Assembly: GCA_038153405.1 (NCBI GenBank)
Contig: JAYOYH010000021.1
Span: 1 to 31,539 of the forward strand
From: Gemmatimonadota bacterium
Lineage (GTDB): Bacteria; Latescibacterota; UBA2968; UBA8231
Length of the DNA stretch: 31,539 nucleotides
Direction of reading: 5' to 3'
In this document: positions 1 through 10,656 of the stretch, one piece after another
How positions within the stretch are numbered: the first letter of the stretch is position 1
Layout: every line of letters starts with the position of its first letter
Translations under genes and position numbers: made by a program
The notes under the pieces: generated by a model
What the model was told of the DNA's origin: nothing
What the model saw: only the letters and a program-made list of their open reading frames with translations
Databases searched by the model: none

Positions 1-595
1 CGCGGATGCGCGCTAGCGTGCGGTCGACGAGAAAGGCCGGCACGCTGGCCTCAGTCGGTATGTCGAGCAGGCCGGCGCGAATATTGGTCGTCGGTTCGCT
101 CCACGGCGCGATCGCGTATTCGATGCCTTGGTCGGCCAGCCACTGGCGGTAGATGGCGTAATTGTGTCCATCGCCGCCGTGTCCGCCGAAGTCTTCCCCT
201 TCAAATCCTACGCTGGAGGGCAGTGAGGGCGTTTGCTGTCCGTAGAAACTCTGGCCGTGCTCCGTGCCCAGATGCCACTTTCCGGTATAGCCCGTGCTGT
301 AGCCGGCCGTCTGCAGACGGCGCGGCAGCAGGTGATCGCCGTCGGGTAGTTCGTGTACCGAGCAAGCAATTTCGTGGATATTGGCGGTGACGCCGTGCGC
401 GTGTGGGTAAAGGCCCGTCAGAACGGAGGCACGGGCCGGACTGCTAACAGGAAAGGTCGTATAGGCATTTTCAAAGAGCGTCCCCTCGGCGGCTAAGCGG
501 TCGATGTGGGGCGTGTGGCAGGGCGTCTGGCCATAGGCGCTAACGGCCGAGAGGCGCTGCTGGTCGGTCATGATAAAGAGAATATTGGGTTTCAT
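1..595 (-). CDS. Sulfatase (S1 family), Ser-type; 3' end runs off the window
   Basis: Not in the ORF track. Manual translation from ATG 595: MKPNILFIMTDQQR...TPHIDRLAAEGTLFENAYTTFPVSSPARASVLTGLYPH...GYTGKWHLG, which matches sulfatase signatures with SxPxR in place of CxPxR. Confidence 0.93.
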   Translation of the reverse strand, partial: MKPNILFIMTDQQRLSAVSAYGQTPCHTPHIDRLAAEGTLFENAYTTFPVSSPARASVLTGLYPHAHGVTANIHEIACSVHELPDGDHLLPRRLQTAGYSTGYTGKWHLGTEHGQSFYGQQTPSLPSSVGFEGEDFGGHGGDGHNYAIYRQWLADQGIEYAIAPWSEPTTNIRAGLLDIPTEASVPAFLVDRTLARIR

Positions 596-775
596 TATTT
601 GGACCGAATTTCAGGACAAATAGACGTTGGTTGGGTGTGCTATATGTGCGGTTGTATGATGAAACATAGAAAAGATCGCCGATGGGTTAAAGCGCCCGTA
701 ACTGGGTGCCCCGTTGACCTCGTTCACACGGACGCGTTTTTTCACCATCTCGTATATACAGCCTGGAGACTTGCT

Positions 776-1723
776 ATGAAACTGCTCGTGCGGACGAAGT
801 GCTTTCGTCCCAACAACTACTTTGCCGACATCGACGGCGTAGAATACGTCGTTGCTCCCACGCCCGAAGAGGCGCTCCAACGCGCTGCCGAAGTAGACGC
901 GGCCATTGACGTGTGCACGGCGGAGTTTATCCATGCCGCGCCCCGTTTGCGCTGGATTCAGATGCTCAGCACGGGCGTGAACAATGCACCCTTTGATCTG
1001 CTGCGCCAGCGCGGTATCGCGCTGACCAATGCTGGAGCCTACGGGCCGAATATGGCCGACCACACCATGGCCTTTATCCTCATGCTGTGCCGACACATTC
1101 CACAGATTATGCGGCGGCAGGCCGAGGAACGCTGGCTGCGCAAGGACAAGCCGGTGCCCGATCCCGGCGAGCTCGACGGACAGACGCTGCTGATTGTCGG
1201 TTTGGGCGGCATCGGAATTGAGACGGCCAAGCGAGCCGCTGCTTTCGGCATGCGCGTGATCGCCACCCGTCACCACGTCGATCGTCCGGTGCCCGACTAT
1301 GTCCACGAAGTGCACCCACCCGAATCGCTGCACGCGCTGCTGCCGCAGGCCGACTGGATCAACGTCAGCGTGCCCTATACGGCGGCGACGGTCGACCTGA
1401 TCAGCGATCGCGAGTTTGCCCTGATGAAGCATGGTGCGCACATCATTTGTCTAGCGCGCGGGGGCATTATCAACACCGAGGCGCTGATGCGCGCGCTGGA
1501 CGACGGCACGGTCGCCGGCGCGGGGCTCGACGTGACGGACCCGGAACCGCTGCCCGACGACCATCCGCTGTGGGACTATCCCAACGTAATTATTACCCCG
1601 CATGCCTCGGGGCAGTCGGAAGCGGCACACCGGCGCTTAGGCGCGCTCGTCGAAGACAACGCGCGGCGCTTTTTGGCGTGTCAGCCGCTGCGCAATCTCG
1701 TCGATCTTGCGTTGCGCTACTAA
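776..1723 (+). CDS. D-2-hydroxyacid dehydrogenase (NAD(P)-binding)
   Basis: GLGGIG Rossmann motif, ARG, LDVTDPEPL and ITPH catalytic motifs. Start placed at ATG 776 after a GGAGA RBS. Confidence 0.92.
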   Translation: MKLLVRTKCFRPNNYFADIDGVEYVVAPTPEEALQRAAEVDAAIDVCTAEFIHAAPRLRWIQMLSTGVNNAPFDLLRQRGIALTNAGAYGPNMADHTMAFILMLCRHIPQIMRRQAEERWLRKDKPVPDPGELDGQTLLIVGLGGIGIETAKRAAAFGMRVIATRHHVDRPVPDYVHEVHPPESLHALLPQADWINVSVPYTAATVDLISDREFALMKHGAHIICLARGGIINTEALMRALDDGTVAGAGLDVTDPEPLPDDHPLWDYPNVIITPHASGQSEAAHRRLGALVEDNARRFLACQPLRNLVDLALRY

Positions 1724-2943
1724 GCACCTGTGCTGCGCAGGCGCAGGACCATCAGCATCAGTGCGAGCATGGTGGCCGTAAGCAGCGCCAGCGCCAGAGA
1801 AAATCCGCCCGTCAGGTCGAAGAGGACTCCCAGCGACAGTGGCCCCAGCACGCCGCCGATCTCGGCAGCGGAAAAAAAGAGCCCGCCCGCCGTGCCCGCG
1901 CGCGCCGCGCCCACCTGCGGCTGTTCGACCAAGATGAGCATGGCTACCGCCATCATAGAGCTCTGCGCTATCCCCTGTAGGACGAGACCACCGGCGATCC
2001 ACGGCAGCGTTGTGCTCTGCAGCAGCAGGCTGGCACATGCCCCGCAGCAGAGCAGGGCAAGCATCACGCCGTGGCGACGCGGTGCAATGGCCAGGCGCGG
2101 AATGGTCAGCGCCGAGACAATGCCGACGGCGACGGGCAGCGCGGCCCAGCGGCTGGCTTCCTGCACGGACAGGCCGGTCGCGCGCAACATTTCCGGCAGC
2201 CAGTTGCCCAATCCGTGACTGAAGAAAAATAGCCCGATGCTCATCAGCAGAATCAGACGGACGGCGCGTTCGCCGAGCAGCGCGCGGAAAACTTGGCGCT
2301 GCGGCGGTCGTTTGGCTGACATGATCAGCGCTTCGCTGGCGCGAAACGCCGGGTGTGCACTGATCAGTATCCACACGGCGCTGGCCGCAACGACAAAGCC
2401 GGCATAGGTGAGGTAGACCAATCGCCAATCGCCATCGACCATCGGCATAGCAACGCTATTGGTTAGCGTCAGCGCCGCGATACCGCCCAGCGCCGGCCCC
2501 GTAGTATAGCACCCTATGGCCAGCCCGCGCTCACGCCCCTCAAACCACAGGGCGACCAGTTTGGGCGCGCCAATGCTAATGAGCGGACCGCCGGTGCCAA
2601 AGACAGCGACGGCCAGGAAGAGCGAAAGATGGCCCTCGGCCGTTGCGCGCAGTGCGCCCGACAGGGCGATGAGCAGCGCTGCTGCCAGCAGTGCCCGGCG
2701 CGGTCCGATGCGATCCAACGCCATACCCAGGGGAATGGCCGAGCCGATGTAGACCAGCTGCCAAGCGCCGAGAATGCTGCCCATAGCCGAAGCGGAGAGG
2801 GAAAGGTCGGCGCGGATAGCCGATACGAGCGGCGGCAGCGCGCCCGACGTTAAGCCAAAGCAGAAGTAGACTAGCCAGACACCGGCCAGCACGGCCCAGC
2901 GATAGGGAGCATGTCCGTTCAGATCGGCGGTAGAATCGGTCAA
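1720..2943 (-). CDS. MFS transporter (CynX/NimT-like)
   Basis: About 12 hydrophobic segments, motif-A-like GMALDRIGPRR, WFEGRERGLAIG. TTG start at 2943 overlaps the upstream TGA. Confidence 0.88.
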   Translation of the reverse strand: MTDSTADLNGHAPYRWAVLAGVWLVYFCFGLTSGALPPLVSAIRADLSLSASAMGSILGAWQLVYIGSAIPLGMALDRIGPRRALLAAALLIALSGALRATAEGHLSLFLAVAVFGTGGPLISIGAPKLVALWFEGRERGLAIGCYTTGPALGGIAALTLTNSVAMPMVDGDWRLVYLTYAGFVVAASAVWILISAHPAFRASEALIMSAKRPPQRQVFRALLGERAVRLILLMSIGLFFFSHGLGNWLPEMLRATGLSVQEASRWAALPVAVGIVSALTIPRLAIAPRRHGVMLALLCCGACASLLLQSTTLPWIAGGLVLQGIAQSSMMAVAMLILVEQPQVGAARAGTAGGLFFSAAEIGGVLGPLSLGVLFDLTGGFSLALALLTATMLALMLMVLRLRSTGA

Positions 2944-4043
2944 CGGGCAAAGAGGCGGCGCGCGTTGCCGCCCAGCAGGTCCCGCCGTTCGTCGTCGCCC
3001 AGAAAATCGCAGTAGTCGAGGTAGCTGCGCGCCTGGCGATAGGTGCAGTAGCGCTCGACGTTGGGCATGTCCGATCCCCAGATCAGCCGCTGGCAGTCCA
3101 TTTGGTCGTAGAGCTGGCGGATGTGCTGCCGCGCCCGCTCGTAGGGGTAGTCGGTGCGCCCGCCCCAGGCAATGGGGTAGAGCACCTCCGAGTAGACGGG
3201 ATACTGATCCAAGATATCGCGCAGGTAGTCGGGCAGGACGACGCCGTCGCTCGCATCGGCAAAGAGCGCGGTCGGCACGCCGTGCACTAGCGCAGAGCGC
3301 ACCTGTCCGTAGCGTTCCAGCCACGTGCGAAATAGCGCCATTTCCTCGCGAAAGCCACCGGCCGGCGAATCGCCCAAAAAGACCCAGAATACCGGAATAT
3401 CTAACGCGGCCACCGCATCCCAAAACGGGTAGTAGAGCGGTGCGCTAAATGGCTCGGCATAGCCGTTGCGAAAAAAGCCGGAGAGCGTGTAGTAGAGGCC
3501 GTGCATAGATAAATCGTTAACGGCGTGGTGCAGGCGGGCGATCTGCTCGTCGCGGTAGGCAAAGGCTTCTTCGACGTTGGCCAGCCCAACAAAGCGCTCT
3601 GGGTAGCGCGCTGCGGCTTCCGAAAAATAGTCGGATAGATCGCCGTAGATGTGATCGTTGTGCAGCACAGCCGTCTGGACGCCGACGTAGTCCATCTGGG
3701 CAACGAGCGCGTCGGCGCTGAAGTGCATGTCCTGCAGGCTGGGGGGCAGAAACTGCACGTAGTAGTCTTCGCCGTCGACGTTCCACTCAAAGCGGCCGAA
3801 GCTCCCGATGCGAAACGCGACTTCCCTTCGACCGGCTTCCGAAGCATCGACTGCATCCCACAGGTGCTTTTCATGCACGAGGGCGTGATCGCGCGCGCGG
3901 CGCACGGGTTGATTGCCGTGTGTGTGCATAGCCCGCTGCTGAAAGAGGCGGTGCGTAGCCGCATCGGGCAGGCCGCAGGCCCCGTCCAGCGGCGGGAAGA
4001 TATGGGCGTGGCAGTCGACAATATCGATCGCGGGCGTGTTCAC
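2940..4043 (-). CDS. Amidohydrolase family protein (Amidohydro_2 type)
   Basis: N-terminal IVDCHAH metal motif, YPERFVG, C-terminal LIWGSDMP and GGNARRLF. GTG start overlaps the upstream TGA. Confidence 0.88.
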   Translation of the reverse strand: MNTPAIDIVDCHAHIFPPLDGACGLPDAATHRLFQQRAMHTHGNQPVRRARDHALVHEKHLWDAVDASEAGRREVAFRIGSFGRFEWNVDGEDYYVQFLPPSLQDMHFSADALVAQMDYVGVQTAVLHNDHIYGDLSDYFSEAAARYPERFVGLANVEEAFAYRDEQIARLHHAVNDLSMHGLYYTLSGFFRNGYAEPFSAPLYYPFWDAVAALDIPVFWVFLGDSPAGGFREEMALFRTWLERYGQVRSALVHGVPTALFADASDGVVLPDYLRDILDQYPVYSEVLYPIAWGGRTDYPYERARQHIRQLYDQMDCQRLIWGSDMPNVERYCTYRQARSYLDYCDFLGDDERRDLLGGNARRLFAR

Positions 4044-4819
4044 GGGTGCACTTTCTCTGATAGGGGCGCTGCGCGTATAGCCGCTTGCGGATCGTCGGGC
4101 AAACGCGCGTCTTCGCGCCGCCACATGCGCAGCGTTAGGGGTAGGAGGACCAGCAGGTACGTCGCCCAGCCAATCAGCAGCGCGGTGGGCAGGCCGAGCG
4201 AGGGTTGGGTCATATAGGCTGCCGTCAGTAGCGCGCACATGCCCATAGCGAAGACCGGTGCCTGCCGACACACGCTCCACAGGCCTTTGCGCGCTTCGTA
4301 GAGGCCGACGACGCCGACCAACGGAAAGAGGGTGGCAAAGCCCTGCAGCGCGCTCTTGATGTAGATCAATAGGCCAACCACGGCGGCGACCGTTGGCAGC
4401 TTGAGGTAGACGGGCAGCGGTGTGCGGTGATGCGGCTCGCTGCGCGGCGGCTGCCACGCAAAAAGTGCTAGGGCCAATAAACTGACGGCACCGACGCAGA
4501 TCCAAAACGATTCGGATTGGATGGGAACGAGGGCGAGTAGCGTGCGGCTGCTGCCGATATAGAGGACTAGTCCCAGCGCGATAGATGGAACAATGGGCCA
4601 ATAGTGGTGCAGCAGGCGAATGGCGTGGTAGTAGATCAGCAGGACGAGTAGAGCCAGCACGTGCGTCGCGTCAATCGGCTGTGCCTGGCCGAGGGCAATG
4701 GTGGTAAAGGGAAAGGGCAGCGCTAGGGCGAGTGCTTTCCAGCGTGGATGCGGCAGATAGGCCATAGCCGTTACCTGCAGAGAGACGACGGCCAGCAGCG
4801 CGAAGTCCGCGATCTGCAC
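4040..4819 (-). CDS. Hypothetical integral membrane protein (about 8 TM segments)
   Basis: Strongly hydrophobic 259 aa ORF packed tightly between co-oriented neighbours. Confidence 0.75.
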   Translation of the reverse strand: MQIADFALLAVVSLQVTAMAYLPHPRWKALALALPFPFTTIALGQAQPIDATHVLALLVLLIYYHAIRLLHHYWPIVPSIALGLVLYIGSSRTLLALVPIQSESFWICVGAVSLLALALFAWQPPRSEPHHRTPLPVYLKLPTVAAVVGLLIYIKSALQGFATLFPLVGVVGLYEARKGLWSVCRQAPVFAMGMCALLTAAYMTQPSLGLPTALLIGWATYLLVLLPLTLRMWRREDARLPDDPQAAIRAAPLSEKVHP

Positions 4820-4821
4820 GG

Positions 4822-5619
4822 CTAGCGGCGAATGGGCAGCGGTCGCCCGGCTAGCTTGTTGGCCAGCGCAAAAACGATGAGATTGACGCCGAACTGCAGG
4901 TTGCGCTCGCGTCCTTCGGCTTTGAGGTTGGCCCAGAGCCAGCTGATGTTGAGGTCGCTAAAGACGACGGCGGTGCGGCCGCGAACTTCGATAGCTTCCA
5001 GATCGCGCACGTCGCCGTTGGGCACACCGCTTAGGGGTGGGCCGTCGAGAAAGGGGAAATAGGCGGTGTAGATGGGGTGGTTTTTGGGCAAGCGCTTCCA
5101 GTTGCGCCCCTGGCTGCCGAGCACGAGCGGATCCTGAATTAGCGCCTTGAGCTGGCGGTCAAATGGCGTGCCGATGCGCCCAACGCCGACGGGCAGGCGC
5201 ATATCGTCATCGCTGCCCAAGGGGGCTATGTCTTCGGCGTAGAGCAGTCCGCCCTGGCGCAGGTACTGGCCTAGGGCCCTCTTTTCCTCGTCGTTGAGGC
5301 GCACGACCGCGTCGTGACCCGTCATGTAGAGCATCGTCGACTCGGAAAGACGCTGGCTGTAGAGGGTGTGTTTGTTCCAGGCGATGCGCGCTTCGAGCTG
5401 CACTTCTTCGGAGAGAAACGCGATCAACTCGGGCAGGGCCTGACCCAGGTAGTCGCGCTGCTTGACGGCGTCGTTATACTCGATGGCGGTGATGTAAAAA
5501 AAACCGGTTGGGGCTGGTCCACTCGCCCGCGCAGGCTCGGGCACGGACAGATCGGGCCGTTCGTCTTGGGCGCACAGCGGTGCAGCGACGGCCAGCGCCA
5601 AGCAGGCCAGCCAGTGCAT
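4822..5619 (-). CDS. DUF4159-like exported protein
   Basis: Signal-peptide-like start MHWLACLALAVAAPLCAQ. LYMTGH...EEKRALGQYLRQGGLLYAED, HPIY and FGVNLIVFAL resemble DUF4159. Confidence 0.75.
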   Translation of the reverse strand: MHWLACLALAVAAPLCAQDERPDLSVPEPARASGPAPTGFFYITAIEYNDAVKQRDYLGQALPELIAFLSEEVQLEARIAWNKHTLYSQRLSESTMLYMTGHDAVVRLNDEEKRALGQYLRQGGLLYAEDIAPLGSDDDMRLPVGVGRIGTPFDRQLKALIQDPLVLGSQGRNWKRLPKNHPIYTAYFPFLDGPPLSGVPNGDVRDLEAIEVRGRTAVVFSDLNISWLWANLKAEGRERNLQFGVNLIVFALANKLAGRPLPIRR

Positions 5620-5641
5620 TGGGTGTGCGACAGCGCGTGGG

Positions 5642-6271
5642 CTAGACAATATCGTCTCGGCCGGTCGTCTGCAAATGACTGGTATCGCCCAGCACGTGCA
5701 GCATCCAGCCATCGGCCTGGCGGCTGATCAGATTGTAGCTGGTATTGGCCGTGGTGAAGCGGCGCTCGGCTGCTAGGTCGAGCGCCAGCACGTATTTGAT
5801 GACCATCGCGATGGTGCCGCCGTGCGTTACGGCGGCGATGTGTTGACCTGCGTGGCGCTCGGCCAGCTCCTCTATACACTCGACGACGCGCTCGTAAAAC
5901 TGACGCGTGCTCTCGCCTTCGGGAATTTGGTAGTCGGGATCGCCTGCTGTATAGGCGGCGTGGGCCTCGGGGTGACGTCCTTCGACGTCTCCCCTGGCCA
6001 ATCCCTGAAAAATGCCGTAGTGCCGTTCGCCCAGACGAGGATCGATGCGCAAATCGAGCCCGCTCACCTCGACTAGGGGAGCCGCCGTTTCCTGCGTGCG
6101 CTCGAGGTTGCTGGCGTAGAGCGCGTCGAGCGGTTCGTCGCGCAGGCGTTCGGCCAGTGCCATCGCCTGTTGCCGCCCCTCTGCCGTGAGCGGACTATTC
6201 TTTTGCCCCTGATAGAGTCCCAGCGCATTCCACTCCGTCTCGCCGTGGCGAATGAGGACGATGTGCGTCAA
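5642..6271 (-). CDS. Histidine phosphatase (phosphoglycerate mutase family)
   Basis: LIRHGETEWN, LERTQET, LGERHYG and VTHGG motifs. Confidence 0.93.
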   Translation of the reverse strand: MTHIVLIRHGETEWNALGLYQGQKNSPLTAEGRQQAMALAERLRDEPLDALYASNLERTQETAAPLVEVSGLDLRIDPRLGERHYGIFQGLARGDVEGRHPEAHAAYTAGDPDYQIPEGESTRQFYERVVECIEELAERHAGQHIAAVTHGGTIAMVIKYVLALDLAAERRFTTANTSYNLISRQADGWMLHVLGDTSHLQTTGRDDIV

Positions 6272-7248
6272 GGATAGAGCTTTTCAACGACCTGAATAAG
6301 GGCCTGCATAAAACCGATGCAGTGGGCGCGGCCGCGATGGCCCCAAGGCGTATCGCCGGCTACGTGCGGCACGTGGTCGGTGATCATAAAGCCCTCAAAG
6401 CCGACCTTGCGCAGCGTCTTAACGACTTCAAAGGTGTCGACCTGGCCGCAGTCGATAAAGGTTTCATGGAAGTTTTCCACCGGGCCGATGACGTCGCGGA
6501 AATGGATATAGATGATTTTGTCGCGTCCGCCAAAGTGCTTGACGGCGCGGATGACGTTGTCGTGGCCACCCATTTCCGACCAGCAGCCCATGCAGAAGTC
6601 GAGTCCGTGGTGGTCGCTATCAAAAGTATCCATATTGCGCTTAAAGTCGTCAAAGCTGCTGCAGATGCGCGCGATGCCGCCCAGCGCGTTGCCCGTGGGT
6701 GGATCGTCTGGGTGCAGCGCCAAGCGCACGTTGGACTCTTCGGCAACGGGCAGCAGGCGCTCCAAATACCAGCAGTAGTTTTCCCACATTTCTTCGTGCG
6801 TATAGACCCGTCCGTGCGTCAGCTGCTCGGGATCGTGCTCGGCTAGGTTAAAACGCGTGGCGCGCGCCCCGCCGCGCAGCGTCGCTAGCTCGGGCGTGCG
6901 CCAGACGCTGTTGGGCATCCAGTGGTAGCCGAGGATGGGAATGCCGGCCTTGCCCATATTGCGCACGGTGTTGATCATGTGCTGAAGCTGTTCTTCGCGC
7001 CCATCCTGTCCGAGCATAATCTTGTCGTAGAAGGGGACGGGCACGTTTTCCAGCGCCATCAATCGCAGCTCAGCCGCGTCGGCTTTGGCCTTGATAGCGG
7101 CTAAGTCTTCGTATTCCCACTGTTGATCACCGGGGAGTTTGGGCGTATTCATGAGAAAATCGTCAACGCCGATCTGCTTGATAAAGGCCAGCAACTCATC
7201 GCTGATCTCGTTAAACTGCCCTAAGCCGACGCGCATCTTGAGTGACAT
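6268..7248 (-). CDS. uxuA: Mannonate dehydratase (UxuA) family, paralog 1
   Basis: LALHPDDPP, FCMGCW, IHFRD, FHETF and ITDHVP motifs. Substrate not established. Confidence 0.85.
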   Translation of the reverse strand: MSLKMRVGLGQFNEISDELLAFIKQIGVDDFLMNTPKLPGDQQWEYEDLAAIKAKADAAELRLMALENVPVPFYDKIMLGQDGREEQLQHMINTVRNMGKAGIPILGYHWMPNSVWRTPELATLRGGARATRFNLAEHDPEQLTHGRVYTHEEMWENYCWYLERLLPVAEESNVRLALHPDDPPTGNALGGIARICSSFDDFKRNMDTFDSDHHGLDFCMGCWSEMGGHDNVIRAVKHFGGRDKIIYIHFRDVIGPVENFHETFIDCGQVDTFEVVKTLRKVGFEGFMITDHVPHVAGDTPWGHRGRAHCIGFMQALIQVVEKLYP

Positions 7249-7317
7249 GATCGAAGGTCTCCTATAGTGGGGATAGCTTGGGTGGCGACGGGAATGTGGA
7301 AAAAAGCAATTTGGGCG

Positions 7318-8259
7318 TCAAGCGCACTGCCCTAGGCGCTCTCCGGCGCGCACGTGCACTTCGATACCGGCGGCCGAATCCTCGAGCAAATCGCCGTCAA
7401 AGACGACGCTATTGGCGGTGAAGAGCAGTACCAGCGTCGATCCACCAAACTGGAAATAGCCCTTTTCCTGGCCGCGCTCAACGGAGCCGGGCGCGTAGGT
7501 CTGCACGATGCTAGACACGTTGAGCGCACCGACTTCAATACAGCAGACTTCGCCGAAATTGGCGCTGTCTATCGCGGTAATGGCGCGCTTGTTGAGAGCG
7601 AAGATGGTTGGTTTGCGCTCGAGCGCCATTGGGTTTACCGAGTGGTATTGACCGCTCATGAGGTCTGCTGAGCGAGCGCTGCCCGCGTCGAAGAAGTGGA
7701 AGCGGTGATAGTCGTAGGGGGCGAGGCGAACGACCAGCGCGCTGCCCTGTGCGAAGCGTGCGGCGGCTCCATCGCTGGCCAGTAGGGCGCCGATCGAGAC
7801 CTGTTGTCCCTTGATCGGCAGCAGCGCATCGGCGCCTAAGTGCGGATAGACCAACGCCTTGCCGTCGGCCGGTGAACAGAGCGCTTCCGCTTGGCCGACA
7901 AAGGGACGCGCCTCCCTTTTGAGCTGGCGGGTGAAGAAATCGTTGAAGTTGCGATAGGTGCCAGCGGGATGTTGCGCTTCGCTCATGTCGACGCCGTAGC
8001 GCTGGACAAAAGTGCGTATATCGCGCCGCGTAAACGATTGCTTTTGCCACCAGCCGCACAGGTTGGAGGCCAGCGGGTAGTGCGCCAGCAGGCGCAAGCA
8101 CTGACGGCCCATCAGGGTACTGTAGAGCCAGCGCACAATGCCGGTACCCGGAGCGTGCTCTGTGACGAGCTGGCCGCTCTGGCGGTCGCGGTAGCGCACG
8201 ACGCCACCGGGCGAATCGGCGATAGTAGCTTCGGGTAGATGGTCTGGCGCAGTAGGCAT
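7318..8259 (-). CDS. psd: Phosphatidylserine decarboxylase proenzyme
   Basis: FNDFFTRQLK, SPADGK, RLAPYDYHRFH, SVNP and the autocleavage motif FGGST. Start is approximate. Confidence 0.92.
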   Translation of the reverse strand: MPTAPDHLPEATIADSPGGVVRYRDRQSGQLVTEHAPGTGIVRWLYSTLMGRQCLRLLAHYPLASNLCGWWQKQSFTRRDIRTFVQRYGVDMSEAQHPAGTYRNFNDFFTRQLKREARPFVGQAEALCSPADGKALVYPHLGADALLPIKGQQVSIGALLASDGAAARFAQGSALVVRLAPYDYHRFHFFDAGSARSADLMSGQYHSVNPMALERKPTIFALNKRAITAIDSANFGEVCCIEVGALNVSSIVQTYAPGSVERGQEKGYFQFGGSTLVLLFTANSVVFDGDLLEDSAAGIEVHVRAGERLGQCA

Positions 8260-8397
8260 AGGCGGCAAAATAAGGGGTGAACTACACACTGCGCAAGCGC
8301 ATGGAGCGCCGTCTGTATCGGTTAGCTGTGGCCAGATTGACAAGGCAACCCACACCCGTGATCTTTCCCTGCTCAGCAACGCGCAACAGATGACTAG

Positions 8398-9321
<924 letters not shown>

Positions 9322-9361
9322 GCTAGGCCCGTTCGCCGTTCCAGCGGAAAAGGGTTGATCA

Positions 9362-9712
9362 CTAACCCAACAGCGCCTGCCATTCGTCCTCTTTAAATCC
9401 CACCGCACCTCCATGGTCGCTCAGCAGGAACGGTCGCTTGATTAGCTTGCCGTGCTGAGCCAAGAGGCGCACGGCCTCGGCGGGTTTCATGGCGCCCATT
9501 TTATCTTTAAGTCCTAGCTCGCGGTACATCTCACCCGACGTGTTAAATAGCTTTTTGACCTCTCCATTTACATGGCCGAGCATGTGCTTTAGCTCGGCCT
9601 GTGAGGGCGGCGTTTCAACGATGTCGACGAGTTCGTAGGATACGCCCTTCGCATCTAAATACTGGATTGCCTTGCGGCAGGTAGAGCACTTGGGATAGTG
9701 ATAGAGCTTCAT
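9362..9712 (-). CDS. ArsC/Spx-family thioredoxin-fold protein
   Basis: MKLYHYPKCSTCRKA (CxxC), LFNTSG..YREL and LIKRPFL...VGF. Confidence 0.9.
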   Translation of the reverse strand: MKLYHYPKCSTCRKAIQYLDAKGVSYELVDIVETPPSQAELKHMLGHVNGEVKKLFNTSGEMYRELGLKDKMGAMKPAEAVRLLAQHGKLIKRPFLLSDHGGAVGFKEDEWQALLG

Positions 9713-9713
9713 C

Positions 9714-10616
9714 TCAGATGTTCTCCAGAGACAGGGTGCATTCGGCGGCCAGTTCGTCGCCGGGATGTAGTGCGGCCGTTCCACAGGTCGGATCGTCTTG
9801 GGCGAGCAAGTTGACGCCGTTGTTGGCATTAGTCACCGGCTCGACGGCGAAGTAGGGCTTGCCGGCTGGGTTGTAAACAATCAGGTGCTTGCACGCATTG
9901 GACGCATCAACGCGGAGCTGCACGCCGCTTTCGGGCCATGCGATCGAACCGCCCCGAAAACCGTAGTAGCAGGTGTCGAGGAAGTTGTCCGGCTCCAGCG
10001 GGCGCGCTTGGGCAAAGTCTTGGTGGGGCGCCAACGCCTGCAGCGGGCCGGAGGGAATGCGCGTGTCGTTGGCATCCGGGTAGGCGCCATCGAGGGGAAA
10101 GTGCAGCTGCACGGGCTCGCCGGCGCGGGTTAGCGTGCGGTTAAAGTAGGGATGCCAGCCAAAGCCGGCCGGCATGGGCATATCGCCCTCGTTGCGGAGC
10201 GACAGATGCATGGTCAGCTGCGCGCCGTCGAGCGCGAAATCGGCGGCAACGGCAAAGGGCCAAGGCCAGTTGACGTTTTCGTGCTCGGTGGACGAGAACG
10301 TGCAGCGCAGTCGCGTAGTGCTCTGCTCAGCGATTTCCCACGGGCGGCCGCGCACGTCGCCGTGGATGGCGTGCTGTGCGCCGTTTTCCAACTGGTAGTG
10401 CTGTTGGCCAAAGGCAAACGCCCCGTTCGCAATGCGGTTGGAATAGGGCACCATCAGAAAGTTGGCGCAGGAAAGATCGCAGTCTTCGCGCTCGGCATCG
10501 GGCATCAGCGGTAGCCACTGATCGCCGCTGTGTCCGTAAAGGGACAGGGTGCCGGTGCCGCGCTGTGGGTCGATTATGAGGCGCAGGTCGTCGTTTTCCA
10601 GTAGCACGCTCGACAT
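9714..10616 (-). CDS. Aldose 1-epimerase family protein
   Basis: PYSNRI, HAIHG, GFGWHPYF and FAVEPVT motifs. Confidence 0.92.
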   Translation of the reverse strand: MSSVLLENDDLRLIIDPQRGTGTLSLYGHSGDQWLPLMPDAEREDCDLSCANFLMVPYSNRIANGAFAFGQQHYQLENGAQHAIHGDVRGRPWEIAEQSTTRLRCTFSSTEHENVNWPWPFAVAADFALDGAQLTMHLSLRNEGDMPMPAGFGWHPYFNRTLTRAGEPVQLHFPLDGAYPDANDTRIPSGPLQALAPHQDFAQARPLEPDNFLDTCYYGFRGGSIAWPESGVQLRVDASNACKHLIVYNPAGKPYFAVEPVTNANNGVNLLAQDDPTCGTAALHPGDELAAECTLSLENI

Positions 10617-10656
10617 AGTTTTCCGCTCTGAGAAAGGGTGTACGCGCAGTTGGCCG

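Noticed and set aside
506..775. N-terminal extension of the dehydrogenase ORF, and similar long extensions of the ORFs starting at 3423, 4601, 8406 and 13776
   Set aside because: They overlap neighbouring genes or promoters and lack family motifs. Better starts with an RBS or start-stop coupling lie downstream.
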